Source: Nannocystis bainbridge (GTDB taxonomy: Bacteria > Myxococcota_A > Polyangia > Nannocystales > Nannocystaceae). Taken from it: DNA of 64,000 nucleotides. How positions within the stretch are numbered: the stretch's first letter is position 1; each line of letters begins with the position of its first letter. Made by a program: the position numbers and the translations under genes. The notes under the pieces were generated by a model. The model had not been told where the DNA came from. It saw only the letters and a program-made list of their open reading frames with translations, and did not search any database. The stretch spans positions 1 to 64,000 of the forward strand of contig NZ_JAQNDL010000001.1 of the NCBI RefSeq assembly GCF_028368995.1. The letters run 5' to 3'. Below, piece by piece: positions 21,677 to 30,180 of this stretch.

Positions 21677-24600
21677 TCAGACCTTCTTGTCGCGCGGCCC
21701 CGGCTTCACTGCAGGTTTGGTCGCGTCGTCGGTCTCGGGGCCCTTCGGCCCGAGCGGCGCGCGCGGCAGCAACCCGCCAGGTCCGCCGCCGGGGATCGGG
21801 ATGTCGAACAGCCCGGACTTGCCCTGCGATCGCGACCCCGGACCGATCGGCTCGAAGGGCCGGGGCGCGGGCTTCGGCTCCGCTTCCTGAGCCGGGACCG
21901 GCTCCGCGGCGGCCGGCTTCGCACCTGTCCCGGAGGACATGCCCGAAGTACCAGCTGCTCCGGAGCTCGCCGGCTTCACGCCTGTCCCCGAGGACATGCT
22001 CGAAGCGCCAGCCGCGCCCGGTCGCGTCGGCGCCGCGGGCCCGACGCTGGTCGTCGGGCCCTTCGCCGCCGGGCTCGCCGCTGCGGGCGCAGGCCTCGCC
22101 GCCCCCCCGAGCGGCGACGCCGAACCTGTCCCGACAGCTTTGTCCGCCCCGCCAGGCGCGCTCGTCGACCTCGCGGCCGGGGCCGCGCCCGCCGGCTTCG
22201 TCGCCTCGCTCGCCGTCTGCGGGCTCTTCGTGGTCACCGGCCCGCTCACCGTGGGCCCGCTCGCGGCGCTCGCGGCCTTCACCAGCCCGCTCGCCACCGG
22301 CGTGCTCGCGGCGCTCGCGGCCTTCACCGGTCCGCTCGCCACCGGCGTGCTCGCGGCGCTCGCGGCCTTCACCGGCCCGCTCGTCGGTCGATTCGTCGAT
22401 GGCCCCGGAGCCGCCTTCACCGCCCCGCTCGTCGGCCGGCCGCTCGGCTGCACCGGCGCTCCGCCGGCGGCCTTCACCGGCCCGCTCGTCGCTCGGCCCG
22501 TCGGCTGCGCCGCTCCCGTGCCGGCCGCAAAACTCGTCGCACCAGTCGCAGGCTTCGCCGCTCCGCCGGCCTTCGCCGGCTCCGCAGCGCTCCCTGCTTT
22601 CACGGGCCCGCTCGCCCCCGCAGGGCTCGCGGCCTTCACCGGCCCGCTGGCGACCCCCGCCGTCCTCGTCGCCGCGTTCGCCTCGCTCGCCGCGGGCAGC
22701 GGTCCCGAGGCCGCCCGGCCCGCCGCGGTCGACACCGTCGCGCCCACGCCCGAAGGCGCGCGCCCTGGCGTCGGCGACGACCACCGCGGCGCCTCGCCCG
22801 GCTTGCTCACGCTCGTCTCCGGGGTCGTGGTCGGGCGAGTCGGCAGCGCCCCACCCGGCGGCGCGAACGTCTTGCCCGGCGCCGCGGGTGACACCGCCGG
22901 CTGGCCATGCGCCGGCGTGGCCGGCCTGCCCGCAGGGACAGGTCCCGAAGCACCTGTCCCGGGGGACACCACCGGCTGCCCGTGCGCCGGCGTCAACGAC
23001 CTGCTCGCCGGGACAGGTCCCGAAGCACCTGTCCCCGGAGACACGCTCGGCTGACCCATCACCGGCGTCGGCCGGCTCCCGAGCCCCGCCCCAGGCACCG
23101 CCGCGGGCTGACCCATCACCGGCGTCGGCCGGCTCCCGAGCCCCGCTCCAGGCACCGCCGCGGGCTGCCCCATCACCGGCGTCGGCCGGCTCCCGAGCCC
23201 CGTCGCAGGCACCGCCGCGGGCTGACCCATCACCGGCGTCGGCCGGCTCCCGAGCCCCGTCGCAGGCACCGCCGCGGGCTGACCCATCACCGGCGTCGGC
23301 CGGCTCCCGAGCCCACCGATCCCCGAAGGAGGCGCCGCCGCGGGCTGCCCCATCACCGGCGTCGGCCTGCCCGTCGGCAGCCCGCCCAGCGCGGCCGGCC
23401 GCGTCGGCGCCGGCCCGACCACCGTCTGCCCCATCGGCTTGCTGGCCGCGGGCCCGGACAGACCTGTCCCCGCGCGCATGCTCGATGGGACAGGTCCCGA
23501 AGCACCTGCCCCGCGCGACATGTCCGTACCGACATGTCCCGGAGCACCGGTCGCTTGCGCCTGGGCCGCGCGCACGCTCTCCGGCACCGGCAGCTCGGCC
23601 GGCACCATCATCTGCACCGTGGCCTCGTTGGGGTCGGGCTCGCCGTCCTCGAGCTCGTCGACCTCGTCGGCGTCGACCTCGGCGACATCGTCGTCAACCG
23701 CGTCGGCGTAGCCCTGCTCGGCCTCGCCGTCGCCCGCCGCGGCCTCGTCGTACTCGCCCTCGCCCGCCGCGGCCTCGTCGTACTCGCCCTCGCCCGCCGC
23801 GGCCTCGTCGTACTCGCCCTCGCCCGCCGCGGCCTCGCCCTCGCCCTCGCCGTACTCGCCCTCGTAGGCGCCGCTGTGGCCCAGCGGCTCGTCATCGGCC
23901 GCAGCGGCGATCGTCTCGGCCGCGGCCGCGTCGTCGAGCTCGGAGGAGCTCGCGGGCTGCTCGTCGGCCTCGACGGCGATCTCCACGGAGCTCGGCCCCG
24001 CGGCCTTGACCGGCTTCGACTCCGGCCGGTCGTCGGCGCGCGCGGGGATCCCCAGCGACGCGCGCCGCTCCTCGAGGATCTTGCGCAGCTCGGCCTTGCC
24101 CTCGCGGGTCAGCAGCGTCCGCGAGCGCGCCTTGGGAGCCTCGGCGGCGATGTTCACCCCGGTCCCGCTGCCGGCCGCGAGCGCCTTCGCCCGCAGCGTC
24201 TCGTCGACGTTGATCTCGAAGTCCTCGGGCACTGGCCCATCGGCCAGGTTGGCGAACGGCCCGCTCACGCTCGGCGCCGGCTTCTGGGGCGCGGGCGCGA
24301 GCGGCAGGCTGCGCGGGCGCGCCGAGCCGGCCATCGGGTCGGTCTTCGGCCGCGCACCGACGAGCGTCGGCGTGGTCGAGGCGCGCACCGGCGGCGCGCG
24401 CGGCTCCTCCCAGTCGTCCTCTTCGCACAGCTGGTTCAGGACATCCTGGACCACCACGCGCATCACGTTGGCACTCGGCCACCGCGCCATCGGCTCGAAC
24501 GCGAGGGCCCGGTCGACCAGCTCGATGAGCGGCCGCGGCAGGTCGGGCCGCAGCGTCGCCAGCGATCGCGCCGGCGTGCGGGCCACCGCGAGCAGGCGCT

Positions 24601-25309
24601 CGATCACCGGGCCGATGGCCGGGAAGACCGTCTCGCCCGACATCGCCCGGAACATGGTCGCCGCGATCGACCACAGGTCGCTGCGCGCGTCGAGGTTCTC
24701 GTTGTCGGCGCGGGCCTGCTCGGGCGCGATGTACGAGACCGTGCCGAACACGATGCCGTCGCTCTGGTCGAGCGCCTCGGCCGACAGCTCGCGCACGCGG
24801 GCCAGCCCGAAGTCCAACAGCTTCACGCTGCCGTCGCGGCACAGGAAGATGTTGGCCGGCTTGATGTCGCGGTGAAGGATGCCCTTCGAGTGGGCGGACG
24901 CGAGCACCTCGAGCAGCGCGTCCGTCATCTCGAGCACGGCCACCGGGGGCAGCAGGCCCAGTCGCTCCAGACGTCCCTCGAGCGACTCGCCCTCGAGCAG
25001 CTCCATCACCAGGTACACGTCGCCCTCTTCGGTGATGTCGTCGTCGAGGACGTGGACCGCGTTGCGATGGCCGACGCTGTTGGCCGCGTAACCTTCGCGC
25101 AGGAAGCGGCGCCGCGCCTGCTCGTTGCGCAGGAAGAGCGTGTGCAACACCTTGAGCGCCGCGCGGTTGCCGTTGCGATGCGTGGCCGCGTACACCGACG
25201 CCATGCCGCCGATGGCGATCAGGCTGTCGAGGTGCCACTTGTTTCGCAGCCACCGGCCCACGCGACTCTGGGCCTCCGACAAGAATCTTGTGCTGCTGCC
25301 CCCGACCAA
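21677..25309 (-). CDS. Ser/Thr protein kinase with about 900-aa low-complexity C-terminal tail
   Basis: GGMASVY, ALKVL, HRDIKPAN, DFGLA, GTVSYIAPE; acidic then P/A/G/S/T-rich tail. Confidence 0.93.
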   Translation of the reverse strand: MVGGSSTRFLSEAQSRVGRWLRNKWHLDSLIAIGGMASVYAATHRNGNRAALKVLHTLFLRNEQARRRFLREGYAANSVGHRNAVHVLDDDITEEGDVYLVMELLEGESLEGRLERLGLLPPVAVLEMTDALLEVLASAHSKGILHRDIKPANIFLCRDGSVKLLDFGLARVRELSAEALDQSDGIVFGTVSYIAPEQARADNENLDARSDLWSIAATMFRAMSGETVFPAIGPVIERLLAVARTPARSLATLRPDLPRPLIELVDRALAFEPMARWPSANVMRVVVQDVLNQLCEEDDWEEPRAPPVRASTTPTLVGARPKTDPMAGSARPRSLPLAPAPQKPAPSVSGPFANLADGPVPEDFEINVDETLRAKALAAGSGTGVNIAAEAPKARSRTLLTREGKAELRKILEERRASLGIPARADDRPESKPVKAAGPSSVEIAVEADEQPASSSELDDAAAAETIAAAADDEPLGHSGAYEGEYGEGEGEAAAGEGEYDEAAAGEGEYDEAAAGEGEYDEAAAGDGEAEQGYADAVDDDVAEVDADEVDELEDGEPDPNEATVQMMVPAELPVPESVRAAQAQATGAPGHVGTDMSRGAGASGPVPSSMRAGTGLSGPAASKPMGQTVVGPAPTRPAALGGLPTGRPTPVMGQPAAAPPSGIGGLGSRPTPVMGQPAAVPATGLGSRPTPVMGQPAAVPATGLGSRPTPVMGQPAAVPGAGLGSRPTPVMGQPAAVPGAGLGSRPTPVMGQPSVSPGTGASGPVPASRSLTPAHGQPVVSPGTGASGPVPAGRPATPAHGQPAVSPAAPGKTFAPPGGALPTRPTTTPETSVSKPGEAPRWSSPTPGRAPSGVGATVSTAAGRAASGPLPAASEANAATRTAGVASGPVKAASPAGASGPVKAGSAAEPAKAGGAAKPATGATSFAAGTGAAQPTGRATSGPVKAAGGAPVQPSGRPTSGAVKAAPGPSTNRPTSGPVKAASAASTPVASGPVKAASAASTPVASGLVKAASAASGPTVSGPVTTKSPQTASEATKPAGAAPAARSTSAPGGADKAVGTGSASPLGGAARPAPAAASPAAKGPTTSVGPAAPTRPGAAGASSMSSGTGVKPASSGAAGTSGMSSGTGAKPAAAEPVPAQEAEPKPAPRPFEPIGPGSRSQGKSGLFDIPIPGGGPGGLLPRAPLGPKGPETDDATKPAVKPGPRDKKV
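23051..23370. repeat. 57-bp coding tandem repeat (SRPTPVMGQPAAVPxxGLG) x5-6
   Basis: CTGACCCATCACCGGCGTCGGCCGGCTCCCGAGCCC recurring every 57 bp. Confidence 0.9.
23731..23850. repeat. 30-bp coding tandem repeat (GEGEYDEAAA) x3-4
   Basis: CGCCCGCCGCGGCCTCGTCGTACTCGCCCT repeated exactly three times. Confidence 0.9.
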
Positions 25310-25625
25310 GCTGGCCCAGGATCACGACTGAGGGCGTAATGTGTCAAGCGCGCTGGGGGGCACGCGCCGCAGCCAGTTGCGGTCGGTCGCAAAGCCGCGG
25401 TCGCCGCCCCCGCCCCGCCCCGCCGCCAGCGGCCTCATGCGCCGCGAACGTCGCTCGGCGGGCCTTTGCGCGGCCTGTCGGGCGGATCCGCCCGAACCGG
25501 TCGTCCGCGGTCATGCGGGCCCCGACGGCCGTGTGCGCGTCCCCTCCGAGCGGCCGCAGGTGCCTCGCCGCGCGCTTTCGCCGGTTTTTTGGTCGTCTGC
25601 CGCCGCGGGTCTACGCTCCTACACC

Positions 25626-26579
25626 GTGGAACTCGCAACCGCGCAGCGTCCGACGCTCTCCGACCTCGGCGATCACGTGCCGGGCGGCGAAGTGATCGAG
25701 CTGCCGGTCGAGATCGACAGCCCGCTCGAGCACCTCGAGCGCTACACCGTGCTCCGCCTGATCGGGGCCGGCGGCATGGGTAAGATCTACCAGGGCTACG
25801 ACAGCCTGCTCGAGCGCAACGTGGCGCTCAAGGTCATGCACGCCGACATCCCGGCGCGCGAGCAGCGACGCTTCCGCCGCGAGGCGATCCTCGGCGCGCG
25901 CCTGCTGCACCCCTGCCTCGTGCGCGTCTACGACATGGGCGTCGACCACCGCGGCCACACCGAGTGGATGGCGATGGAGTACCTGCCCGGCACCGACATG
26001 CTGCGGCTGCTCGACGCCACCCGCGCGCGCGGCCGGGCGCTGCCGTGGCCGGCCCTGGTGCGCGGCCTGACGCAGGTGCTGATGGCGCTGCAGTACCTTC
26101 ACGACTGCCGGGTGGTCCACTGCGATGTGAAGCCCGCCAACATGTTCGTGACCCGCGATCCGAACACGCGCTTCCTTACCACCAAGCTGCTCGACCTCGG
26201 CATCGCCTACGACCTCGACGGCCCGCGCCCCGGCCCGACCGAGCCGCTCTGCGGCGACCCCAACTACCTCGCCCCCGAGCAGACGGTGCACGGCGGGATC
26301 ATCGAGCCGCGCACCGACATCTACGCCCTCGGCGTCAGCCTCTACGAGCTGGCCACCGGCGTGCTCCCGTTCGAGGAGCTCACGAGCGCCCCGCTGCACG
26401 AGCTGCTGCAGGCCCAGCGCGACCTGACCCCGCCGCCGCCGAGCTCGCGCATGCCCGCCAGCACGCCGCCGGAGATCGCGGACAGGCTCGACTGGATCTT
26501 CAGCCGCGCCTGCGCCAAGGATCCCGCGCGTCGCTACCCGAGCGCGCGGGCCATGCAGGCCGCGCTCGGCGCAGAGTGA
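25626..26579 (+). CDS. Cytoplasmic Ser/Thr protein kinase (kinase domain only)
   Basis: GAGGMGKIY, VALK, HCDVKPAN, DLGIA, GDPNYLAPE; start GTG 25626 uncertain. Confidence 0.9.
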   Translation: MELATAQRPTLSDLGDHVPGGEVIELPVEIDSPLEHLERYTVLRLIGAGGMGKIYQGYDSLLERNVALKVMHADIPAREQRRFRREAILGARLLHPCLVRVYDMGVDHRGHTEWMAMEYLPGTDMLRLLDATRARGRALPWPALVRGLTQVLMALQYLHDCRVVHCDVKPANMFVTRDPNTRFLTTKLLDLGIAYDLDGPRPGPTEPLCGDPNYLAPEQTVHGGIIEPRTDIYALGVSLYELATGVLPFEELTSAPLHELLQAQRDLTPPPPSSRMPASTPPEIADRLDWIFSRACAKDPARRYPSARAMQAALGAE

Positions 26580-26691
26580 GTCGCAGCTCGGGCGAACCCT
26601 GCCCGCGGCTCACTGCCCCCGATCGTTGATGGGGTGCGGCCTTGGAGCCTCGCTTGCCGACGTCGATCGCCGATGCGTATGATCGCGCAGC

Positions 26692-28641
26692 GTGCTGAAG
26701 ACCGTCCGTGTCCCGCCGCGGTTCGAGCCGCTGTTCGAGCAGGCGCAGGAGTTTGTCGGGCGGATCTTCGCCGAGCGTAGCGACATCCCTGACAAGGGCC
26801 GGATCGAGGTCTTCGGCCAGCGCTACATGCTCGTGCGGGCGCGGGCCATGTCGGTCGAGTTCTTCGAGATGGTCCAGCGGCTGTACCGCGACAAGGGCCA
26901 GGACGAGGCGCTGGGGGTCGCGCGGAGCCTGTTGTTCGACATCGCTCACGCCATGGGGCTCTCGGACGCCAACGACTTCGCCGAGCGCATGCATTTGCAA
27001 GATCCGATCGCCCGGCTGTCCGCGGGCCCCATCCACTTCTCGCACTCCGGGTGGGCCTTCGTGGACATCTCGCCCGAGAGTCGTCCGGCCCCGGACGAGA
27101 GCTTCTACCTCCTCTACGATCACCCCTACTCGTTCGAATCGGACTCGTGGATCGACGCCGGCAAGCGGCCCGATTTCCCCGTATGCGTGATGAACGCTGG
27201 TTACTCCTCGGGTTGGTGCGAAGCCAGCTTCGGGGTCCCGCTGGTGGCGACGGAGATCCTCTGCCGGGCCAAGGGCGACGATCACTGTCGCTTCATCATG
27301 GCCCACCCCTCCCGGATCGAGGGCTACATCGACGCCTACCTCCACGGCCAGCCGCACCTCGCCGCTCACGTCACGCGCTACGAGATCCCCGGCTTCTTCT
27401 CGCGCAAGCAGCAGGAGGACGAGCTCAAGAGCCGCGAGGAGCAGTACCGCGGGATCTTCGAGGCCGGCACCAACGCCCTCCTCATCCTCGACGAGGCCGG
27501 CGTGATCGTGCAGGCCAACCCGGCCGCCTCGCGGCTGTTCCGCTGCTCGCGCCCCGAGCTCGCCGGGCGCAGCTTCGCCGATCTGCTGAACGCTGGCGCC
27601 GACCTGTTCGCCCGCCTGCGCGCGGCCGTCCACGATCACGGCCACTTCCTGTCCGAAGGGACAGCCACCGCCACCGACGGCCGCACCTACGTCGTCGAGC
27701 TGCGGGGCGCCCGCTTCCGCCTGCAGAACCGCGACCACCTGCTGGCCGTGCTGACCGACATCACCGAGCAGAACCGGGCCCAGCTCGCGCTGCGCCAGGC
27801 CCACGACGAGCTCGAGCAGCGGGTCCGCGAGCGCACCGCCGAGCTCGAGCGGCTCAACCAGCAGCTCCACCTCCTCAACGGCCAGTTGGTCTCCGCGCGC
27901 GACTCGGCGATCGACGCCAGCCGGGCCAAGAGCGCCTTCCTCGCCAACATGAGCCACGAGCTGCGGACCCCGCTCAACGCCATCATCGGCTACAGCGAGC
28001 TGCTCGAGGACGAGAGCGGCGAGGAGGGCCGCCAGCACCTCGACCTCGGCGACCTCGGCAAGATCCGCGGCTCCGCCCGCCACCTGCTCGCCCTCATCAA
28101 CGACATCCTCGACGTCTCCAAGATCGAGGCCGGCAAGATGGAGCTGTTCGTCGAGGACTTCGCCGTCGACGAGTTGGTCGCGGAGGTCGTCGCCACCATC
28201 GAGCCGCTCGTGCGCAAGAACGACAACCGGCTCGAGATCACCACCCGCCCCGGCCTCGGCGCCGTCGCCCTCGACCGCACCAAGGTCAAGCAGATCATCA
28301 TCAACCTGCTCGGCAACGCCTGCAAGTTCACCCACAGCGGCGTCATCGGCCTCCTCGTCGCGCGCGAGGATGGGCCGCACGGCGAGCAGCTCGTCGTCGC
28401 CGTCCAGGACACCGGCATCGGCATCGACCCGACCCGCCTCGAGGAGCTGTTCCAGCCGTTCCGCCAGGCCGACGAGTCGACCACCCGCAAGTACGGCGGC
28501 ACCGGCCTCGGCCTGTCGATCAGCCGCCACTACGCCGAGATGATGCGCGGCCGCATCGACGCCCGCAGCGCCCCCGGCCAGGGCTCGACCTTCACCGTCA
28601 CCCTGCCCCTCTCCGCCCGCGGCGTCGAAGCGGCCGAGTGA
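26692..28641 (+). CDS. Sensor histidine kinase, XylR_N/V4R + PAS + HisKA + HATPase
   Basis: PVCVMNAGYSSGW..EILCRAKGDDHCRF (V4R); ANPAA PAS; FLANMSHELRTPLN; NLLGNACKFT, DTGIG, GGTGLGL. Confidence 0.95.
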   Translation: MLKTVRVPPRFEPLFEQAQEFVGRIFAERSDIPDKGRIEVFGQRYMLVRARAMSVEFFEMVQRLYRDKGQDEALGVARSLLFDIAHAMGLSDANDFAERMHLQDPIARLSAGPIHFSHSGWAFVDISPESRPAPDESFYLLYDHPYSFESDSWIDAGKRPDFPVCVMNAGYSSGWCEASFGVPLVATEILCRAKGDDHCRFIMAHPSRIEGYIDAYLHGQPHLAAHVTRYEIPGFFSRKQQEDELKSREEQYRGIFEAGTNALLILDEAGVIVQANPAASRLFRCSRPELAGRSFADLLNAGADLFARLRAAVHDHGHFLSEGTATATDGRTYVVELRGARFRLQNRDHLLAVLTDITEQNRAQLALRQAHDELEQRVRERTAELERLNQQLHLLNGQLVSARDSAIDASRAKSAFLANMSHELRTPLNAIIGYSELLEDESGEEGRQHLDLGDLGKIRGSARHLLALINDILDVSKIEAGKMELFVEDFAVDELVAEVVATIEPLVRKNDNRLEITTRPGLGAVALDRTKVKQIIINLLGNACKFTHSGVIGLLVAREDGPHGEQLVVAVQDTGIGIDPTRLEELFQPFRQADESTTRKYGGTGLGLSISRHYAEMMRGRIDARSAPGQGSTFTVTLPLSARGVEAAE

Positions 28642-28643
28642 TC

Positions 28644-28737
28644 GGACATGTCCTTCGCGGCATGTCCGAGGGGGCATGCGCGGAAGAGCATGCTCTCCGA
28701 GACATGTCCCCGAGGGCATGTCTCAGGGAACACGTTG
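28644..28737. repeat. 14-bp-period palindromic array, 7 units
   Basis: GGACATGTCC TTCG CGGCATGTCC GAGG GGGCATGCGC GGAA GAGCATGCTC TCCG AGACATGTCC CCGA GGGCATGTCT CAGG GAACACGTTG. Confidence 0.92.
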
Positions 28738-28813
28738 AACCCGGCTCCGCCGTACCGCTAGCGTGCGTCGGTCGGCACGACCGTGAACGCTCGCCGCGCC
28801 GCCTTCACCGGGC

Positions 28814-29755
28814 TCAGCCGAGCAAGCGGCCCGAGCGGTAGTCCGCGAACGCCTGCCGCAGCTCCTCGTCCGTGTTCATCACGAACGGCCCGCGGCGGGC
28901 CACCGGCTCGCGCAGCGGCCGGCCGGCGAGCACCAGCAGCCGCGCCCCTGCGTCGCTCGAGAGCGCCAGCGTGTCGCCGTGGCCGAGCACGCCGATCTGG
29001 CCCTTGCGCAGCTCACGGCCGTCGCTGCCGAGCTGGACCGCACCGTCGAGCACGTAGGCGAACGACGCCAGGTCGCAGGCGATGTGCTGCCGCATGGCCG
29101 CGCCGGCCGCGAGCGTCACGTCCATCACCAGCGGCTTCACCGTAACCCCGTCGACCGGCCCACGCTTGCCCGCCAGCTCACCGGCGACCAGCCGCACCTG
29201 CGCGTCGTCGACCTGCAGCGTCGGGATCGTCTCCGGTCCCAGCTCCTGGTAGCGGGGCTTCGTCATCTTCTCCGCGGCCGGCAAGTTGACCCACAGCTGG
29301 AAGGCCCACAGCTCGCCGTCGTCCTGCGGCTGCGGCATCTCCTCGTGCACGATCCCGCGGCCGGCCGTCATCCACTGCGCCGCGCCGGCCCCGATCCGTC
29401 CGTGGTTGCCGACGCTGTCGCGGTGCTCGAACGCCCCGGCGAGCACGTACGAGACCGTCTCGAAGCCGCGGTGCGGATGCTGCGGGAAGCCGGCCTGGAA
29501 CTCGTCGGGCCGATCGCTGCGGATCTCGTCGAGCATCAGGAACGGATCGAGCGCCGGCAAATCGCGATGCCCGAGCGCGCGCCGGATGGTGACGCCGGCC
29601 CCGTCGCGCGACGCGTGGAAATCGTGCACTGCCGTCATGTCGCGCACCGTCGCGCTCTTCTTCACCAGCGGCGTGGTAATCGCCGGCGGCGTACAGCCGG
29701 TGAAGAGCAGAGCGGGAGCGGCCTTCAAGAGCGCGCGACGCGTCGGTGCGGACAC
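28814..29755 (-). CDS. Pirin family protein with possible Tat-lipoprotein signal
   Basis: DGAGV, DPFLMLD, GFPQHPHRGFETV, MTAGRGIVHEE, FQLWVNLP, GPFVMNT; N-terminus TRRALLK...FTGC. Confidence 0.93.
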   Translation of the reverse strand: MSAPTRRALLKAAPALLFTGCTPPAITTPLVKKSATVRDMTAVHDFHASRDGAGVTIRRALGHRDLPALDPFLMLDEIRSDRPDEFQAGFPQHPHRGFETVSYVLAGAFEHRDSVGNHGRIGAGAAQWMTAGRGIVHEEMPQPQDDGELWAFQLWVNLPAAEKMTKPRYQELGPETIPTLQVDDAQVRLVAGELAGKRGPVDGVTVKPLVMDVTLAAGAAMRQHIACDLASFAYVLDGAVQLGSDGRELRKGQIGVLGHGDTLALSSDAGARLLVLAGRPLREPVARRGPFVMNTDEELRQAFADYRSGRLLG

Positions 29756-30180
29756 GCCCCCACGCTAAGCCCGCGTGCACAGCGTTTCAACCTCCTGGCG
29801 ATCCACCGCTACGTCACGCGTCACGGCATGTCCCAACGGTCATGTGTCCGCCGCGGCGAGTCCGCCGAACCATGCGTCCGCTGGATCCACGCCCCGCTCT
29901 TCATCGATCGACGCGGCGAGGCAAGACACGGGCCAGTTTTCCTCGGTCGCCACGCGCGGGACCTCCTTCAATTTCGGCGAGCACCGCGGCCGGCCGAGTT
30001 CGGCCCGCGCCCCGAAGCCGACTGCACGCGCGAGCAGCCACGACTCGCATCGTTCGCCGCGGACGCTCGCCGGACTCTCGCGGACATCCACCGCGGTTCC
30101 GACCCGCGAAGATCGATCTCCATCCGGCCCGGCGGTCGGCCTCACCGGGCCCATCGCTGCCATCCACCGATGAGGCTCGC

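Noticed and set aside
28644-28737. 14-bp arrays as mini-CRISPR or p53-type sites
   Set aside because: 4-nt spacers cannot act as guides. The match to the p53 half-site RRRCWWGYYY is treated as coincidence, since isolated copies centre on the spacer, not on CATG.
28726-28739. Extra KstR-like site (GGGAACACGTTGAA)
   Set aside because: Lacks the first T, lies between convergent genes and is the last unit of a 14-bp array.
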